From NCBI GenBank assembly GCA_963706325.1, contig CAVPLT010000001.1:32001-96000 (forward strand): a stretch of 64,000 bases of DNA, in the 5' to 3' direction. Shown here one piece after another: positions 1-9,496 of this stretch. This stretch comes from an uncultured Nitrospiraceae bacterium (GTDB lineage: Bacteria > Nitrospirota > Nitrospiria > Nitrospirales > Nitrospiraceae). Position numbers and translations under genes: made by a program. The stretch's first letter is position 1; each line of letters opens with the position of its first letter. The notes below the pieces were generated by a model. It made no database searches and was not told the origin of the DNA. It was given only the letters and a program-made list of their open reading frames with translations.

Positions 1-180
1 GATCAGTTAGCGGATACCAGCTGGGAGTTCATGAACGCCGAGATCGCCGTCGACCGGCGCATGAGCCTTGAAATGATCGCGTACTTGAGCAAAATCTACG
101 AGGCGCGCATGCGGTTTCTGGAGGAACTCGTTCGTAGACAAGACGAGCAAAAGAAATCCAGACGGACCAGCACCCCGTAA
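1..180 (+). CDS. 3' end of a CDS entering from the left edge; product unknown
   Basis: Frame 1 is open from base 1 to TAA at 178-180 (DQLADTSWEFMNAEIAVDRRMSLEMIAYLSKIYEARMRFLEELVRRQDEQKKSRRTSTP*); helical, protein-like composition. Confidence 0.5.
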   Translation, partial: DQLADTSWEFMNAEIAVDRRMSLEMIAYLSKIYEARMRFLEELVRRQDEQKKSRRTSTP

Positions 181-238
181 TGAGCGCATGGAAAATGCAA
201 TGACGGAAGCAACATAGGGAAAATGCGGGCAGCTCAAT

Positions 239-1342
239 CTATAAATTGACCTTATAGTGCGTGCTTCGTCCACCCCCGCAAGGAACCAGCACTTCCTTTT
301 CGGCGAGATCGTGCAAATCTCTCGTCGCCGTGGCCTTGGAAGCTCCGGTAATCGACATGTATTTTTTTGCTCCCATCCCGCCGGCAAACCCTTTAGGGCC
401 TTCCTCCAACATCCGTCGTAATATTTGCGTCTGACGTTCGTTCAGCTGATCCTTGAACCTGTCAAAGAGCTTGGTTTTTTTCAACGTAAAATCGATCTGC
501 TCTTCCGCCTGGATCTGAGCTTCAAGCGCGGTGTTCACAAACCACTTTACCCAGGACGTAATCTCATTCGATTGTTGTCCCTGCTTAAGCGCCTCATAAT
601 AATATTTTTTGTTCGCCTCGATCGTGCGCGACAGGCTGAGCAGTACCGGCCGTCCGATGCCTTGGGACAACGCCTTTTCAGAAAGCGCCCTTCCGATTCG
701 TCCATTTCCGTCTTCAAAAGGATGGATCGTTTCAAAATAAAGATGCGTGACCGCTGAGCGCACCACTGCTTTTTTCAGTTCCCTCTCGCCACCCGGGCCG
801 GTTTCATTGAACCAGTCAATAAAACGCGCCATCTCACCTGGAACTATGGATGAGGGCGGTGCTTCGTAATGCACCCTCTCCTTGCCGATGGGTCCGGAAA
901 TCACCTGCATAGGCTCGGTATGTGTCCGCCACTTGCCGACCTGTATCGCCCTGCTCCCGGCCATGATCATCCGGTGCCATTCAAATAACCTTTCCTGTGA
1001 AAGCGGTTGGGCGAACGTCTTTCGCACATCGACCATCAGAGCCGCCGCTCCTTCCGCGCGCTTATCCCCGCCCTTCCTTGTATCACCCTCCATACCAAGA
1101 TTCCGCCGGATGGAGGACATGACGTCCGTGCGGCTGAGATACTCCCCCTCGATTTCAGAGGTCTTAATAGCCTCGGCAACCATCATGTCTATGACGGCCT
1201 CTGCCTGCATACCATCCGGCAACCCCTTTAGAAGGCCGCCAGCACGCCCCGTTCTTTCGGCAAAAGCCAACAAAGCATCCTCGACCCTGGTCAGGTCGTA
1301 CCGAAACTCCGGCCAGTCGTTTTCCTGCCAGTTATAGCCCAT
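239..1342 (-). CDS. Fic family protein (DUF4172-like N-terminus, Fic core, C-terminal winged HTH)
   Basis: Canonical Fic motif HPFEDGNGRIGR; N-terminal YNWQENDWPEF; C-terminal KKYMSITGASKATATRDL...GGGRSTHY is wHTH-like. Confidence 0.92.
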   Translation of the reverse strand: MGYNWQENDWPEFRYDLTRVEDALLAFAERTGRAGGLLKGLPDGMQAEAVIDMMVAEAIKTSEIEGEYLSRTDVMSSIRRNLGMEGDTRKGGDKRAEGAAALMVDVRKTFAQPLSQERLFEWHRMIMAGSRAIQVGKWRTHTEPMQVISGPIGKERVHYEAPPSSIVPGEMARFIDWFNETGPGGERELKKAVVRSAVTHLYFETIHPFEDGNGRIGRALSEKALSQGIGRPVLLSLSRTIEANKKYYYEALKQGQQSNEITSWVKWFVNTALEAQIQAEEQIDFTLKKTKLFDRFKDQLNERQTQILRRMLEEGPKGFAGGMGAKKYMSITGASKATATRDLHDLAEKEVLVPCGGGRSTHYKVNL

Positions 1343-1415
1343 GAGCCGATTGTATCAGATATTCGGCTCATATGGATCAGTTTCATGAGCCGATTACCCA
1401 TTTTATTCGGCTCAC
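1340..1415. promoter_or_regulatory. Two tandem palindromic operator-like sites, CATGAGCCGATT-N9-ATTCGGCTCA
   Basis: Copies at 1340-1371 and 1384-1415 (44-bp period); the first overlaps the Fic start codon. Confidence 0.7.
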
Positions 1416-1659
1416 GACTATACGCGGTTGGCAGTCGCCATGCCGCATCGCCCGGACTCTGGCTTTCCGGTCAGGCCGCCGCGGGTAGCCTAAGCCTGAG
1501 GTGCAACCCTTTTCCGGTATCGCCAATGCCGTAAAAAAAACTTACTAAAATGGAGTGCTAATCCAGCTAAAAGGCCACCACCCAACCGCAGATCTGCGGA
1601 CCATGCTGAATGAGATGATCGAAGGGATGAGGGTCCCACGCGCCACCTACTGGATGGTT

Positions 1660-1686
1660 CAAGAAAACAGGGGCTGACTCCGATAC
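1660..1686 (+). promoter_or_regulatory. Possible sigma28 (FliA) promoter for the HD-GYP gene
   Basis: CAAG-N15-TCCGATAC versus consensus TAAA-N15-GCCGATAA; correct spacing but imperfect boxes. Confidence 0.3.
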
Positions 1687-1772
1687 AGAGTGGAAGGAAA
1701 TGACTTCTTCCTGGGGTAGGGTCATACCATGCCCTTACGACCCTGATATCCTCGTATAAGGAGCGACCGCTC

Positions 1773-3125
1773 GTGGCCCTCCCGTCACCGCCCCCCTTCG
1801 TTCCGATCAACGTCGAACAGTTGCGGGTGGGAATGTATGTGAAACTCGACTGCCACTGGCTGAACCACCCGTTTCCGCGCAATCATTTCAGGGTGCAAAC
1901 GACCGCGGAACTCGCGGTGATCCGGACGCTGGGCGACGTGTCCATCTATGTGGACGCCAGTCGGTCAGATCCCGACTCTTTGACACAGCCCCTGCCTGTC
2001 AAAGCCGATACCGCAGAACAGGCGCGATCCATGCCGGCTCCTCCACCCCACGCTCATGAGGCGGAGGACGCGCAATCGATCATCGCTAAGAAACAAGAAC
2101 GCATTCAGGCGTACCTTCGCTGTCAGGAGGGACTGAAGAAGGCGAGCGCGAATCATACTGCTTCCTTGCGTCAAACGAAGGAGGTCATCGATCAAGTCAG
2201 CGCGGGCCGCGAAGGATGCGCCTCCACAGCCATAGACCTGATCGGCCAGGTCATCGATGCGCTTCACGGCGAGGGCACCGCCATGGCGATGCTCAACGTG
2301 AACAATACCGAAGACTTTGGAGCGAGCAACTTTGCCGCCCTCCATTCCTTAAATGTCTTCATGATCTCCATGATGATCGGGCAGAAGTTTGAACTCAGCC
2401 GCAAAGATATGCTCAGTCTCGGAATCGGGGCTCTGCTTCACGACATCGGCCAGCGGAAGATACCGTCGCAGGTATTGGCAAAACGAAATAAGGGGATGCC
2501 CCTCACCCGGGCAGAAAAAACGTTTTTTGAGCTCCATCCCGAATATGGCAAGCGACTGGTCGAAGACCTGGGTTCATTCCCGCCGGCCAGCGCTCAAGTC
2601 GTTTATCAGCACCACGAGCGCATCGATGGGTCGGGCTCTCCCTGTGGGCTCAAGGACGACTCCATCTCATTCTTAGCGAAGATCGTCATGGTGGCGGATG
2701 AATATGACCGGCTGACGAATACCATGGATCCCAGGAAACGCCTCTGTCCGACCGAAGCGTTCTCGCATATCTATGTGAACCGCCGGAAGGCCTTTTCGGA
2801 AAATGTGATTGTCTGCCTGATCCAAAGTTTGAGCGTATACCCGCCCGGCACCTTTGTGCTGCTGTCGGACGAGTCGCCCGGCATGGTCATCAGCACGAAC
2901 TTCGCATCCATGACCCGGCCGGTCATCATGATTTACGAATTGGACGTGTCAATGGACAACATTGTGGTCGTGGATCTCGCTGAGGACAAAGACCTGCACA
3001 TTAAGAGAATTCTGCGTCCGACTGATCTTCCCGTCAAAGTGTTGGAATTTTGGAATCCCCGACGAATGGCAGGCTATTTCTTTCAGGTCAACGATGACAG
3101 GGCTGATTCTCCCAACCGTTCATAA
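1773..3125 (+). CDS. HD-GYP domain c-di-GMP phosphodiesterase-like protein with DUF3391-like N-terminus
   Basis: LLHDIG, HPEYG, HHERIDGSGSPCGL, VADEYD; N-terminal QLRVGMYVKLDCHWLNHPF; AGGAG RBS before GTG. Confidence 0.88.
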   Translation: MALPSPPPFVPINVEQLRVGMYVKLDCHWLNHPFPRNHFRVQTTAELAVIRTLGDVSIYVDASRSDPDSLTQPLPVKADTAEQARSMPAPPPHAHEAEDAQSIIAKKQERIQAYLRCQEGLKKASANHTASLRQTKEVIDQVSAGREGCASTAIDLIGQVIDALHGEGTAMAMLNVNNTEDFGASNFAALHSLNVFMISMMIGQKFELSRKDMLSLGIGALLHDIGQRKIPSQVLAKRNKGMPLTRAEKTFFELHPEYGKRLVEDLGSFPPASAQVVYQHHERIDGSGSPCGLKDDSISFLAKIVMVADEYDRLTNTMDPRKRLCPTEAFSHIYVNRRKAFSENVIVCLIQSLSVYPPGTFVLLSDESPGMVISTNFASMTRPVIMIYELDVSMDNIVVVDLAEDKDLHIKRILRPTDLPVKVLEFWNPRRMAGYFFQVNDDRADSPNRS

Positions 3126-3235
3126 CTCGGAATTGAGTCTCGAAGCAGAGGGCGCATTCCGGGGCATTCACTCCGCTGTAACCCTCCTCGTCTATTGCAC
3201 TGCTCCCTCCGACCCTTCGGCTGCCGATCGGTGGG

Positions 3236-3859
3236 CTAACGAGGTACCGGCGGCTTAGCCATCTCTTCCTGCGACGAACCTGCGGCTCCCTCTTGGTCAC
3301 TCTGTCCCATGCGCTCATGTCCCATACCGCCAGGCGATCCACTGTGGCCCATCGGACCACGACCACCCCTCCCTTGCATTCCTCTTCCCTGGTGCAGGCT
3401 GAACGTCCGCTCATAGTGGATGATGGCCCAAATGTCTTCATCCGTCAGTTGGCCTGCAAATCCCACCATGCTGGTGCCGGGCGATCCATGCTTAATCACC
3501 CAAAAGATCTCACCCTCTGTCCGATGACGCCAGAATCCATGGTGCCGAAAGTTGCGGGGAGGCGGGTTCAACTGCGAGGCCAGAGAGCCATCGCCTGCCC
3601 CTTCCTGTCCATGACAGTTGAAGCAGGTCCCTTTGCCATGATACAGCGCCTTGCCTTTTTCGATGGTATCAGGCGAGTCAGGCAATGGACTGGTGAGCGC
3701 ACGCGCCTCATCGAGTTGATCGGACGGGACGCGCGGCTGCATCATGTCATGCCCCTGCGCGAAGACCACCGACCAGCTCAGTGCGAAAAGTGAGAGGATT
3801 GCCCCTGAGCTCACTCGACTGCCGATGCGAATCTGACTGATCTGCACCTTCTCTCCCAT
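3236..3859 (-). CDS. Periplasmic monoheme cytochrome c with Gly/Met-rich tail
   Basis: CFNCH, distal Met (GTSM), signal peptide; ATG at 3859 with AGGAG RBS. Confidence 0.85.
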   Translation of the reverse strand: MGEKVQISQIRIGSRVSSGAILSLFALSWSVVFAQGHDMMQPRVPSDQLDEARALTSPLPDSPDTIEKGKALYHGKGTCFNCHGQEGAGDGSLASQLNPPPRNFRHHGFWRHRTEGEIFWVIKHGSPGTSMVGFAGQLTDEDIWAIIHYERTFSLHQGRGMQGRGGRGPMGHSGSPGGMGHERMGQSDQEGAAGSSQEEMAKPPVPR

Positions 3860-3956
3860 GGCTCCTTCCTGATACACCAAGAGAGACCGCCTCCAGTCTT
3901 CTCATGTAGACCGCTCAGATAAAGCGTTTCGTGAACGGCGCCGCGATTCATCTCGG

Positions 3957-4316
3957 TCAAAAGGCGACGTTCCGATCGCGTTCCGCTACCGCCTTGATGT
4001 AGTCCGGCATGCCCTTGATAGACGCACCGGCCACAAGATCCCCTGCGCCGATCTGTCGCGCCACCGCGCAGGCGCCGCAGACCCAGATGGGGATCTGTGC
4101 CGCCTGAACTGCGGCCAGCAGATCTTTGAGCGGGGCCAAGTTCACGCCGATCAGATGGTCGGCCGTGCCCTTGCGCCCCAGCGTCACCGCTTCATTCCAG
4201 AGCCAGAGCACCACATCGTGTCCCTGCTCCCTTGCCGTCTTCGCCGCCATGAACGGCAGCGTCGCCATCGTCGGGTCATCCGTGCCTCGACTGCCTGAAA
4301 TCATAAACGTCGCCAC
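3957..4316 (-). CDS. DsrE/DsrF-like sulfur relay family protein
   Basis: 119 aa; VVLWLWNEAV, IWVCGACAVAR; GAGGAGG RBS. Confidence 0.8.
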   Translation of the reverse strand: MATFMISGSRGTDDPTMATLPFMAAKTAREQGHDVVLWLWNEAVTLGRKGTADHLIGVNLAPLKDLLAAVQAAQIPIWVCGACAVARQIGAGDLVAGASIKGMPDYIKAVAERDRNVAF

Positions 4317-4369
4317 TCTGACCTCCTCGGCTCCTTGTTCCTATTTCTATCTCGTCGCCGGAAACCGCA

Positions 4370-4960
4370 TTACCTCTTCTCAATGACTCCGCAGGCGATC
4401 CTGGGTCCGCCCGGCGCATCCTTCGTCGGAGGTTCAGGCAGATACTTGTCTTCAACGCCGTGGACGATGAACGCACTGCCGTCCGCATCGAAGAGCGTGA
4501 ACAAACCAGGGGCCAGGGTTACCCGACTCGTGATGGTATAGAGGGTTCCCTTGCGGTTTTCGTCCACCACGAGATTCGGCAAATCTCCGAGATGATAGGG
4601 ATGGTTTCCTAGTCCGGGGCTGACGTTCGCTTCCGGGTTGATCTGCGGATCGACGTTTCCGTCATAATGTCCCTTCGCCGCCGTGAATGACTCACAGGCC
4701 CCGGTTTCGTGGATATGGACCGCATGCAGGCCAGGAGTCAGCTTACTGTCGGCGGTTCCCTGCACCGTCATTTTGATACGCACTCGCCCTTCGTACTCTT
4801 GATACAGATGCGCTTCTCCGGTGATGCCGGGGCCGCTGATCGTGGCTTTCGCCTTGAGCTTGTCGTCGAGTTTTCCCGTATGGTGACCTGCGCATCCCGA
4901 CAAGAGCACCACAGTCCCTGCGAAGATCATTGTCCCGCTTAACGCTTGTTTCACATTCAT
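4370..4960 (-). CDS. sodC: Cu/Zn superoxide dismutase, lipoprotein
   Basis: Lipobox LSGC; HAVHIHE, GHYD, HPYHLGDL, IVHG, GGPRIACG. Confidence 0.9.
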   Translation of the reverse strand: MNVKQALSGTMIFAGTVVLLSGCAGHHTGKLDDKLKAKATISGPGITGEAHLYQEYEGRVRIKMTVQGTADSKLTPGLHAVHIHETGACESFTAAKGHYDGNVDPQINPEANVSPGLGNHPYHLGDLPNLVVDENRKGTLYTITSRVTLAPGLFTLFDADGSAFIVHGVEDKYLPEPPTKDAPGGPRIACGVIEKR

Positions 4961-4985
4961 GGCACACCTCCTTTGGAACCGACGC

Positions 4986-6398
4986 CTACTGCCCCAGCGA
5001 TCGAACATAGTGAATCAATTCCCAGACCTGTTCATCCGGCAGGCCGGCAAATGACATCATACCCGTGCCGGGCGAACCGTTCTTGATGATCCAGAACAGC
5101 TGCCCATCCGGGATGTCCTTCATCATCGAGCCGCAGGTGAAGTTTCTGGGCGGCGGAATCAAGCCCGCGCCCATGAACCCTTGCCCATTGCCCTTGTCGC
5201 CGTGACACATCGCACAGGCCACCGGTTGAGCCGTCTGCAAGAAAAGCGTTTTCCCTGCCTGGATCGTCGCGTCGGAGTTTGGGAACGGATTGGTTTTCGA
5301 CAGGAAGTCGGCCGGCGCCTTCGCCGTTTTTCTCGGCTGCGGGCAGACGCCGCTCGGACCTCCACCGCTGACCGCGGCCTGCGCCACCACCGCTCCGCCC
5401 TTGAAGGCGGCCTTCAAATAGGCCATGACATCCGCCACACCCAGCTGTCCGATGGTCAATCCCCAATAGGGCATGCTGGGCGATTTTCCCATCGCCGCTC
5501 CACCATGATTGATGACATTGTAGAGATAGTCGGTGGGCATCTTTTCGAACGGGATGTTCGCATGGATCGCCGGTTTCGGCTCCAACCCGGACGCAGCCGG
5601 ACCGTCGCCCTTGCCGGTGAACCCATGGCACTGCGCGCAATATTCCTTGTAGATCACCTTCCCGCGATCGACGCTCGCCATGCCGAACTCCGGAGTCGTC
5701 CATGGTTCAAAGTACTTAAAATCCTTCACCCCTTGAACTACCAGATACCCGATCACAGCCCGCAATTGAGGTTCCGTGGCATCGGCGAGAAACTCTCCAT
5801 TGTGTACTGTGAAATCTTGTGGGTTCTGCCCGAAACGGAAGAGCCAATCCGGATTGTACCGTTGGCCCGCAGCGGCCAACGACGCGCTCTGCGGCCCGCC
5901 GATGAGCCTGCCGTTCTCTTCGACCAGATGACAACCGAGACAGGCGTGGGCCTTATAGGCCAAGCCGCCGAACGCTGCGTCGAACTTACTGACCTTCGAG
6001 GTATCGAACGCGCCGACTTTCACCCGAGGATCCATGTTGTGTTGCTCGAAATATTCTGCGATACCCTGAGCTTCTTCCTCGTTGATGACCGGATGCCGCA
6101 TCGGTCCCTCAGACACATCCCATCGATACCCTTTGGGATAAAGCGGCGCCTCTTTTCCCGTCAGGTAACGGAGCAACCACGAGCGCTGATACTTGCTCCC
6201 TGCCCAGATCAAATCTGGGGCCTGCAAGGTGAAGCGCGAGTCCGGCTTCCCTTCAAGACGGTGGCATCCGGCGCACGTGTTCTGAATCAGCTCCTTGACA
6301 CGACTCTGGTCGCTGCCCAACAGAAGGTGGGGAACTGACAACAACCCCACCACGAACACCAACGCCAATCCGACCAGCGCCGTCCGTCTTCCGCTCAT
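4986..6398 (-). CDS. Tetraheme c-type cytochrome built from class I domains
   Basis: CAGCH, CLGCH, CAQCH, CAMCH; N-terminal signal/anchor. Confidence 0.88.
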   Translation of the reverse strand: MSGRRTALVGLALVFVVGLLSVPHLLLGSDQSRVKELIQNTCAGCHRLEGKPDSRFTLQAPDLIWAGSKYQRSWLLRYLTGKEAPLYPKGYRWDVSEGPMRHPVINEEEAQGIAEYFEQHNMDPRVKVGAFDTSKVSKFDAAFGGLAYKAHACLGCHLVEENGRLIGGPQSASLAAAGQRYNPDWLFRFGQNPQDFTVHNGEFLADATEPQLRAVIGYLVVQGVKDFKYFEPWTTPEFGMASVDRGKVIYKEYCAQCHGFTGKGDGPAASGLEPKPAIHANIPFEKMPTDYLYNVINHGGAAMGKSPSMPYWGLTIGQLGVADVMAYLKAAFKGGAVVAQAAVSGGGPSGVCPQPRKTAKAPADFLSKTNPFPNSDATIQAGKTLFLQTAQPVACAMCHGDKGNGQGFMGAGLIPPPRNFTCGSMMKDIPDGQLFWIIKNGSPGTGMMSFAGLPDEQVWELIHYVRSLGQ

Positions 6399-6437
6399 GA
6401 GGCATCCCTTTCCTTGATCCACACCGTACGACATGGC

Positions 6438-7142
6438 CTATCGCGAGACCAGCCAGGCATGAATATCCGCGATCTCCTGATAACTGAGCACGGTGCCCCA
6501 AGCCGGCATGAGGCCGCGGCCATGGGCTACCGTTTCCGAAAACGCTCCCTCATTTTTGAGGATGGTTGTGCCTGCCAATTTGGGACCCGTCCCGCCGACT
6601 GCGCCTTCACCGTGACAAGCCTGGCAGTTGTGAGCAAAGAGCCTCGCGCCCCTGGCCGCGACCCCGGGACCGTCAGACGCGGCACTCTGCCCCCGCGAGG
6701 GTTCCATCATCGCCAACTCGGTCTCGATGCTCGGCAAGTGATCGGGAGCGCCGGGATGATTCCGCGCGGCGAGATACTGCACGACCAATGCGGCGTCTTC
6801 CTGAGAGAGCTCGGCGCCCCAACGCACCATCTTTTCCACGATGACCGTCCATCGGTCTTGCGGCAATCGTTGCTGAGCAATAAGGTCGGTGGTATGGCAC
6901 ACGGCGCAACGGGCAAGGATCAAGGTGGCCGCTTTGCGTGCCAAGGCAGGCTCGACCGTCACATGCTCCTCTTCCTGCGCGGAGGTGAGCACGACCCCAC
7001 CAAGAATAACCAGTAGCACGAGAGAGAATGGTGAAACAGTTCGCCCAGCAAGGCCGCAGCGAATGCTGGCCCGAGGCGTATGGTCTGTGGACGCTGAGGA
7101 CTTGAACGAAACGAGGACGACGCTGGAAGAACCTTGTGCCAT
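6438..7142 (-). CDS. Diheme cytochrome c, SorB-like partner of the Mo enzyme
   Basis: CAVCH...QQRL...W..IVEKM and CQACH...LMPAW; immediately downstream of the sulfite oxidase gene; start uncertain. Confidence 0.8.
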   Translation of the reverse strand: MAQGSSSVVLVSFKSSASTDHTPRASIRCGLAGRTVSPFSLVLLVILGGVVLTSAQEEEHVTVEPALARKAATLILARCAVCHTTDLIAQQRLPQDRWTVIVEKMVRWGAELSQEDAALVVQYLAARNHPGAPDHLPSIETELAMMEPSRGQSAASDGPGVAARGARLFAHNCQACHGEGAVGGTGPKLAGTTILKNEGAFSETVAHGRGLMPAWGTVLSYQEIADIHAWLVSR

Positions 7143-7144
7143 CC

Positions 7145-8326
7145 TTACGCCGCCACCGTCACAGTCAGGCGATCCCATCCATTCCAGAGAAACCCGCCCG
7201 GGTTCCAGGGGCTCGTCGACGGTTGCTGCTCACCTTGCGCATCCATGGCGCGGCAGAGAATGGCGGTGGGTCCCGGCGTGCGGGCATTCCACACCAATTG
7301 CCATTGCCGCCAGGCGTAAGGCTGCTCTTCTCCCACCAGCCGGGCCGTCTCCCACGTGCGTCCATCGTCGCAGGACACCTCCACTTTGGCCACCGTCTCT
7401 TCGCCGGCCCATGCGACTCCCCGGATCGTCACCGGACCGGGCTTCACCGTATCGCCTTCAGCTGGTGCGGCGATGAGCGATTTCACGAGCATTCGCTCGA
7501 CGGGCGCCATCGCACTCCCCGGCAGTCCGGACGTCGGATGAATGGCCGTTTCGGGAATCCGGTAAGCCTGTTGCATGTAGTAGCCAGGCGATTCATCAGC
7601 CCGCACCGTGATCTCGGTCAGCCATTTCATGCACGATTCCGCCATCCATCCAGGCGTGATCACTCGCAGCGGCGCGCCGTGGAGCAACGGCAATGCGCGA
7701 CCATTCATTTCATAGGCTAGTAGCGTGTCAGGATGAAGCGCCTTGGCGATGGGGATACTTCGCGTGAACAACGGCACCGTGGCCAGCACCGGGCGATCCG
7801 CCCCTTGCAGCTGCACGTGCAATCCCTGAAGTTTTACCCCGGCTCGTTGCAACACGTCCCGTAGACGCACCCCGGTCCATTGCGCATTGCCGACCGCCCC
7901 ACGCTCCCATTGCACCCCGGGCGCTTTAGGACGATGGTGCGCGCGACCATTGCCGCTGCACTGTAGAACCGCGCTGAGCGTCACCTGCTCGAATTGTCGT
8001 AATTCTTTGAGGCTCACACTCAACGCCTCTTTGACCAACCCCTTCACCGTCAGCCGCCAGGAATCAGGGTGCACCGCTTCAGCCGTGGGCGGCCCAAAGT
8101 GACTGCGCACGAACAATCGTTCGTTGGGCGTCAACCACGAGACAAATTCACGCACCGGCGTTTCGGCATCCAAGGGTCTCGTAACCCGAACGGTGAGGGG
8201 GCCGGATGCCTGGCCGGACTCAGCGCTCTGCCCTCCCTCAACGGTCGAAGGCCTGCTACCGAGAACAAGACCGGCGCCAACTCCTTTCAGCACCGCTCCC
8301 AACCATGCTCGTCGGGAGACCGTCAT
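7145..8326 (-). CDS. Sulfite oxidase family molybdoenzyme (SorA/SorT-like), Tat-exported
   Basis: SRRAWL Tat motif; FVRSH; Mo-ligand LQCSGNGR; AYEMNG..L..LHGAPLR; C-terminal dimerisation domain. Confidence 0.9.
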   Translation of the reverse strand: MTVSRRAWLGAVLKGVGAGLVLGSRPSTVEGGQSAESGQASGPLTVRVTRPLDAETPVREFVSWLTPNERLFVRSHFGPPTAEAVHPDSWRLTVKGLVKEALSVSLKELRQFEQVTLSAVLQCSGNGRAHHRPKAPGVQWERGAVGNAQWTGVRLRDVLQRAGVKLQGLHVQLQGADRPVLATVPLFTRSIPIAKALHPDTLLAYEMNGRALPLLHGAPLRVITPGWMAESCMKWLTEITVRADESPGYYMQQAYRIPETAIHPTSGLPGSAMAPVERMLVKSLIAAPAEGDTVKPGPVTIRGVAWAGEETVAKVEVSCDDGRTWETARLVGEEQPYAWRQWQLVWNARTPGPTAILCRAMDAQGEQQPSTSPWNPGGFLWNGWDRLTVTVAA

Positions 8327-8760
8327 GATTTGCCTTCTGTGAGATCAGTCGCCGGCGCCCCATGACTATGGGGATTCAAATCAATCGAGATTTGCGCAGG
8401 AACAACAATCGATTGATGCACCGTGCAGCCATGCGCCACCTTCAATAACCGTTCTTTCAGCTCAGGCGTGACTCGGTGCGGGAGACGAATCGCCAACTGC
8501 ACCTGTCCGACTCGATGCGGCTCTTCCGCCATCGTCCACTCTGCCTCCACTCTCAGTCCTTCGCGCGAGATGTCATGTCGCGCGCAGAACTGGCCGACGA
8601 AGTAGCCCACGCAGCTCGCCACGGAACCGACAAACAATTCCACCGGACTCATGCCCGCATCGGCCCCGCCGTCTTCAACCGGCTGATCTGTGACCACCCG
8701 ATGCCGGTCAGTAAGAACGTCGTAGCGCGTTCCCCCTTGGTAAGCCACGCTGAGTTTCAT
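8323..8760 (-). CDS. OsmC/Ohr family protein (YhfA-like)
   Basis: DQPVEDGGADAGMSPVELFVGSVASC ... HGCTVHQSI; 4-bp overlap with the downstream gene. Confidence 0.88.
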   Translation of the reverse strand: MKLSVAYQGGTRYDVLTDRHRVVTDQPVEDGGADAGMSPVELFVGSVASCVGYFVGQFCARHDISREGLRVEAEWTMAEEPHRVGQVQLAIRLPHRVTPELKERLLKVAHGCTVHQSIVVPAQISIDLNPHSHGAPATDLTEGKS

Positions 8761-8985
8761 CCCGCCCCTCCTCTATGTGTATGTATTCCGATTCGAGGCC
8801 GGCGCCCTCTCTTACGCATATCTAAGGGATCGCAATCTATATGCCACCTATCACGGGAAGGAGGGTCAACGTATGGAGGTGAGACCCAATGAGGAAGGAT
8901 GCCCATCACGCGCCTCTGGGGATAAACGCAACAGTCCCCTCTCACAACTGCAGCACCACGCCCCATTCGTGGGTTGGTATGCGAA

Positions 8986-9420
8986 TCAGATATGGGTACG
9001 GACCCAGCGCACGATATCCTGCTGGCTCAACGCGCCGGGCTGGCGAGCCACCTCGCGTCCGCCGCGGAAGAGGATCAACGTCGGGATGCTGACGATCCCG
9101 AATCGAGCGGCCAAGCCCTGTTGCTCCTCCGTGTTCACTTTACCCAAGCGTACCTGCGGCTCCAGCGCCTTCGCGGCTTGCTCGTAGGCCGGAGCCATCA
9201 TCTGACAAGGACCACACCAGGCTGCCCAGAAATCAACGACTAATGGGATTTCAGCTCGTGACACATGGAGGTCGAAATCGGCCGCCGTCAGGCTGATGGG
9301 ATGCCCGGTAAAGAGAGACGTGTGACACTGGCCGCACTTCGGTCCATCCGCCAAGCGGACGACCTGGACCCGATTAATGCTCCGACAATGCGGGCAGACG
9401 AGATGAAGCTTCTCGCTCAT
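8986..9420 (-). CDS. trxC: Thioredoxin 2 (zinc-finger thioredoxin)
   Basis: CPHC...CGQC zinc finger plus WCGPC. Confidence 0.92.
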   Translation of the reverse strand: MSEKLHLVCPHCRSINRVQVVRLADGPKCGQCHTSLFTGHPISLTAADFDLHVSRAEIPLVVDFWAAWCGPCQMMAPAYEQAAKALEPQVRLGKVNTEEQQGLAARFGIVSIPTLILFRGGREVARQPGALSQQDIVRWVRTHI

Positions 9421-9496
9421 AGGGCCTGTGCCTGACGATATGGTCGCGGTTTGCGCACTCTCTGTTCGTTCCCCACTGCCCTGGTTACGAACGAAC

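Noticed and set aside
1340..1415. Mini-CRISPR interpretation of the two 32-bp repeats
   Set aside because: Only two units, variable centres, a 12-bp gap and no cas genes; an operator fits better
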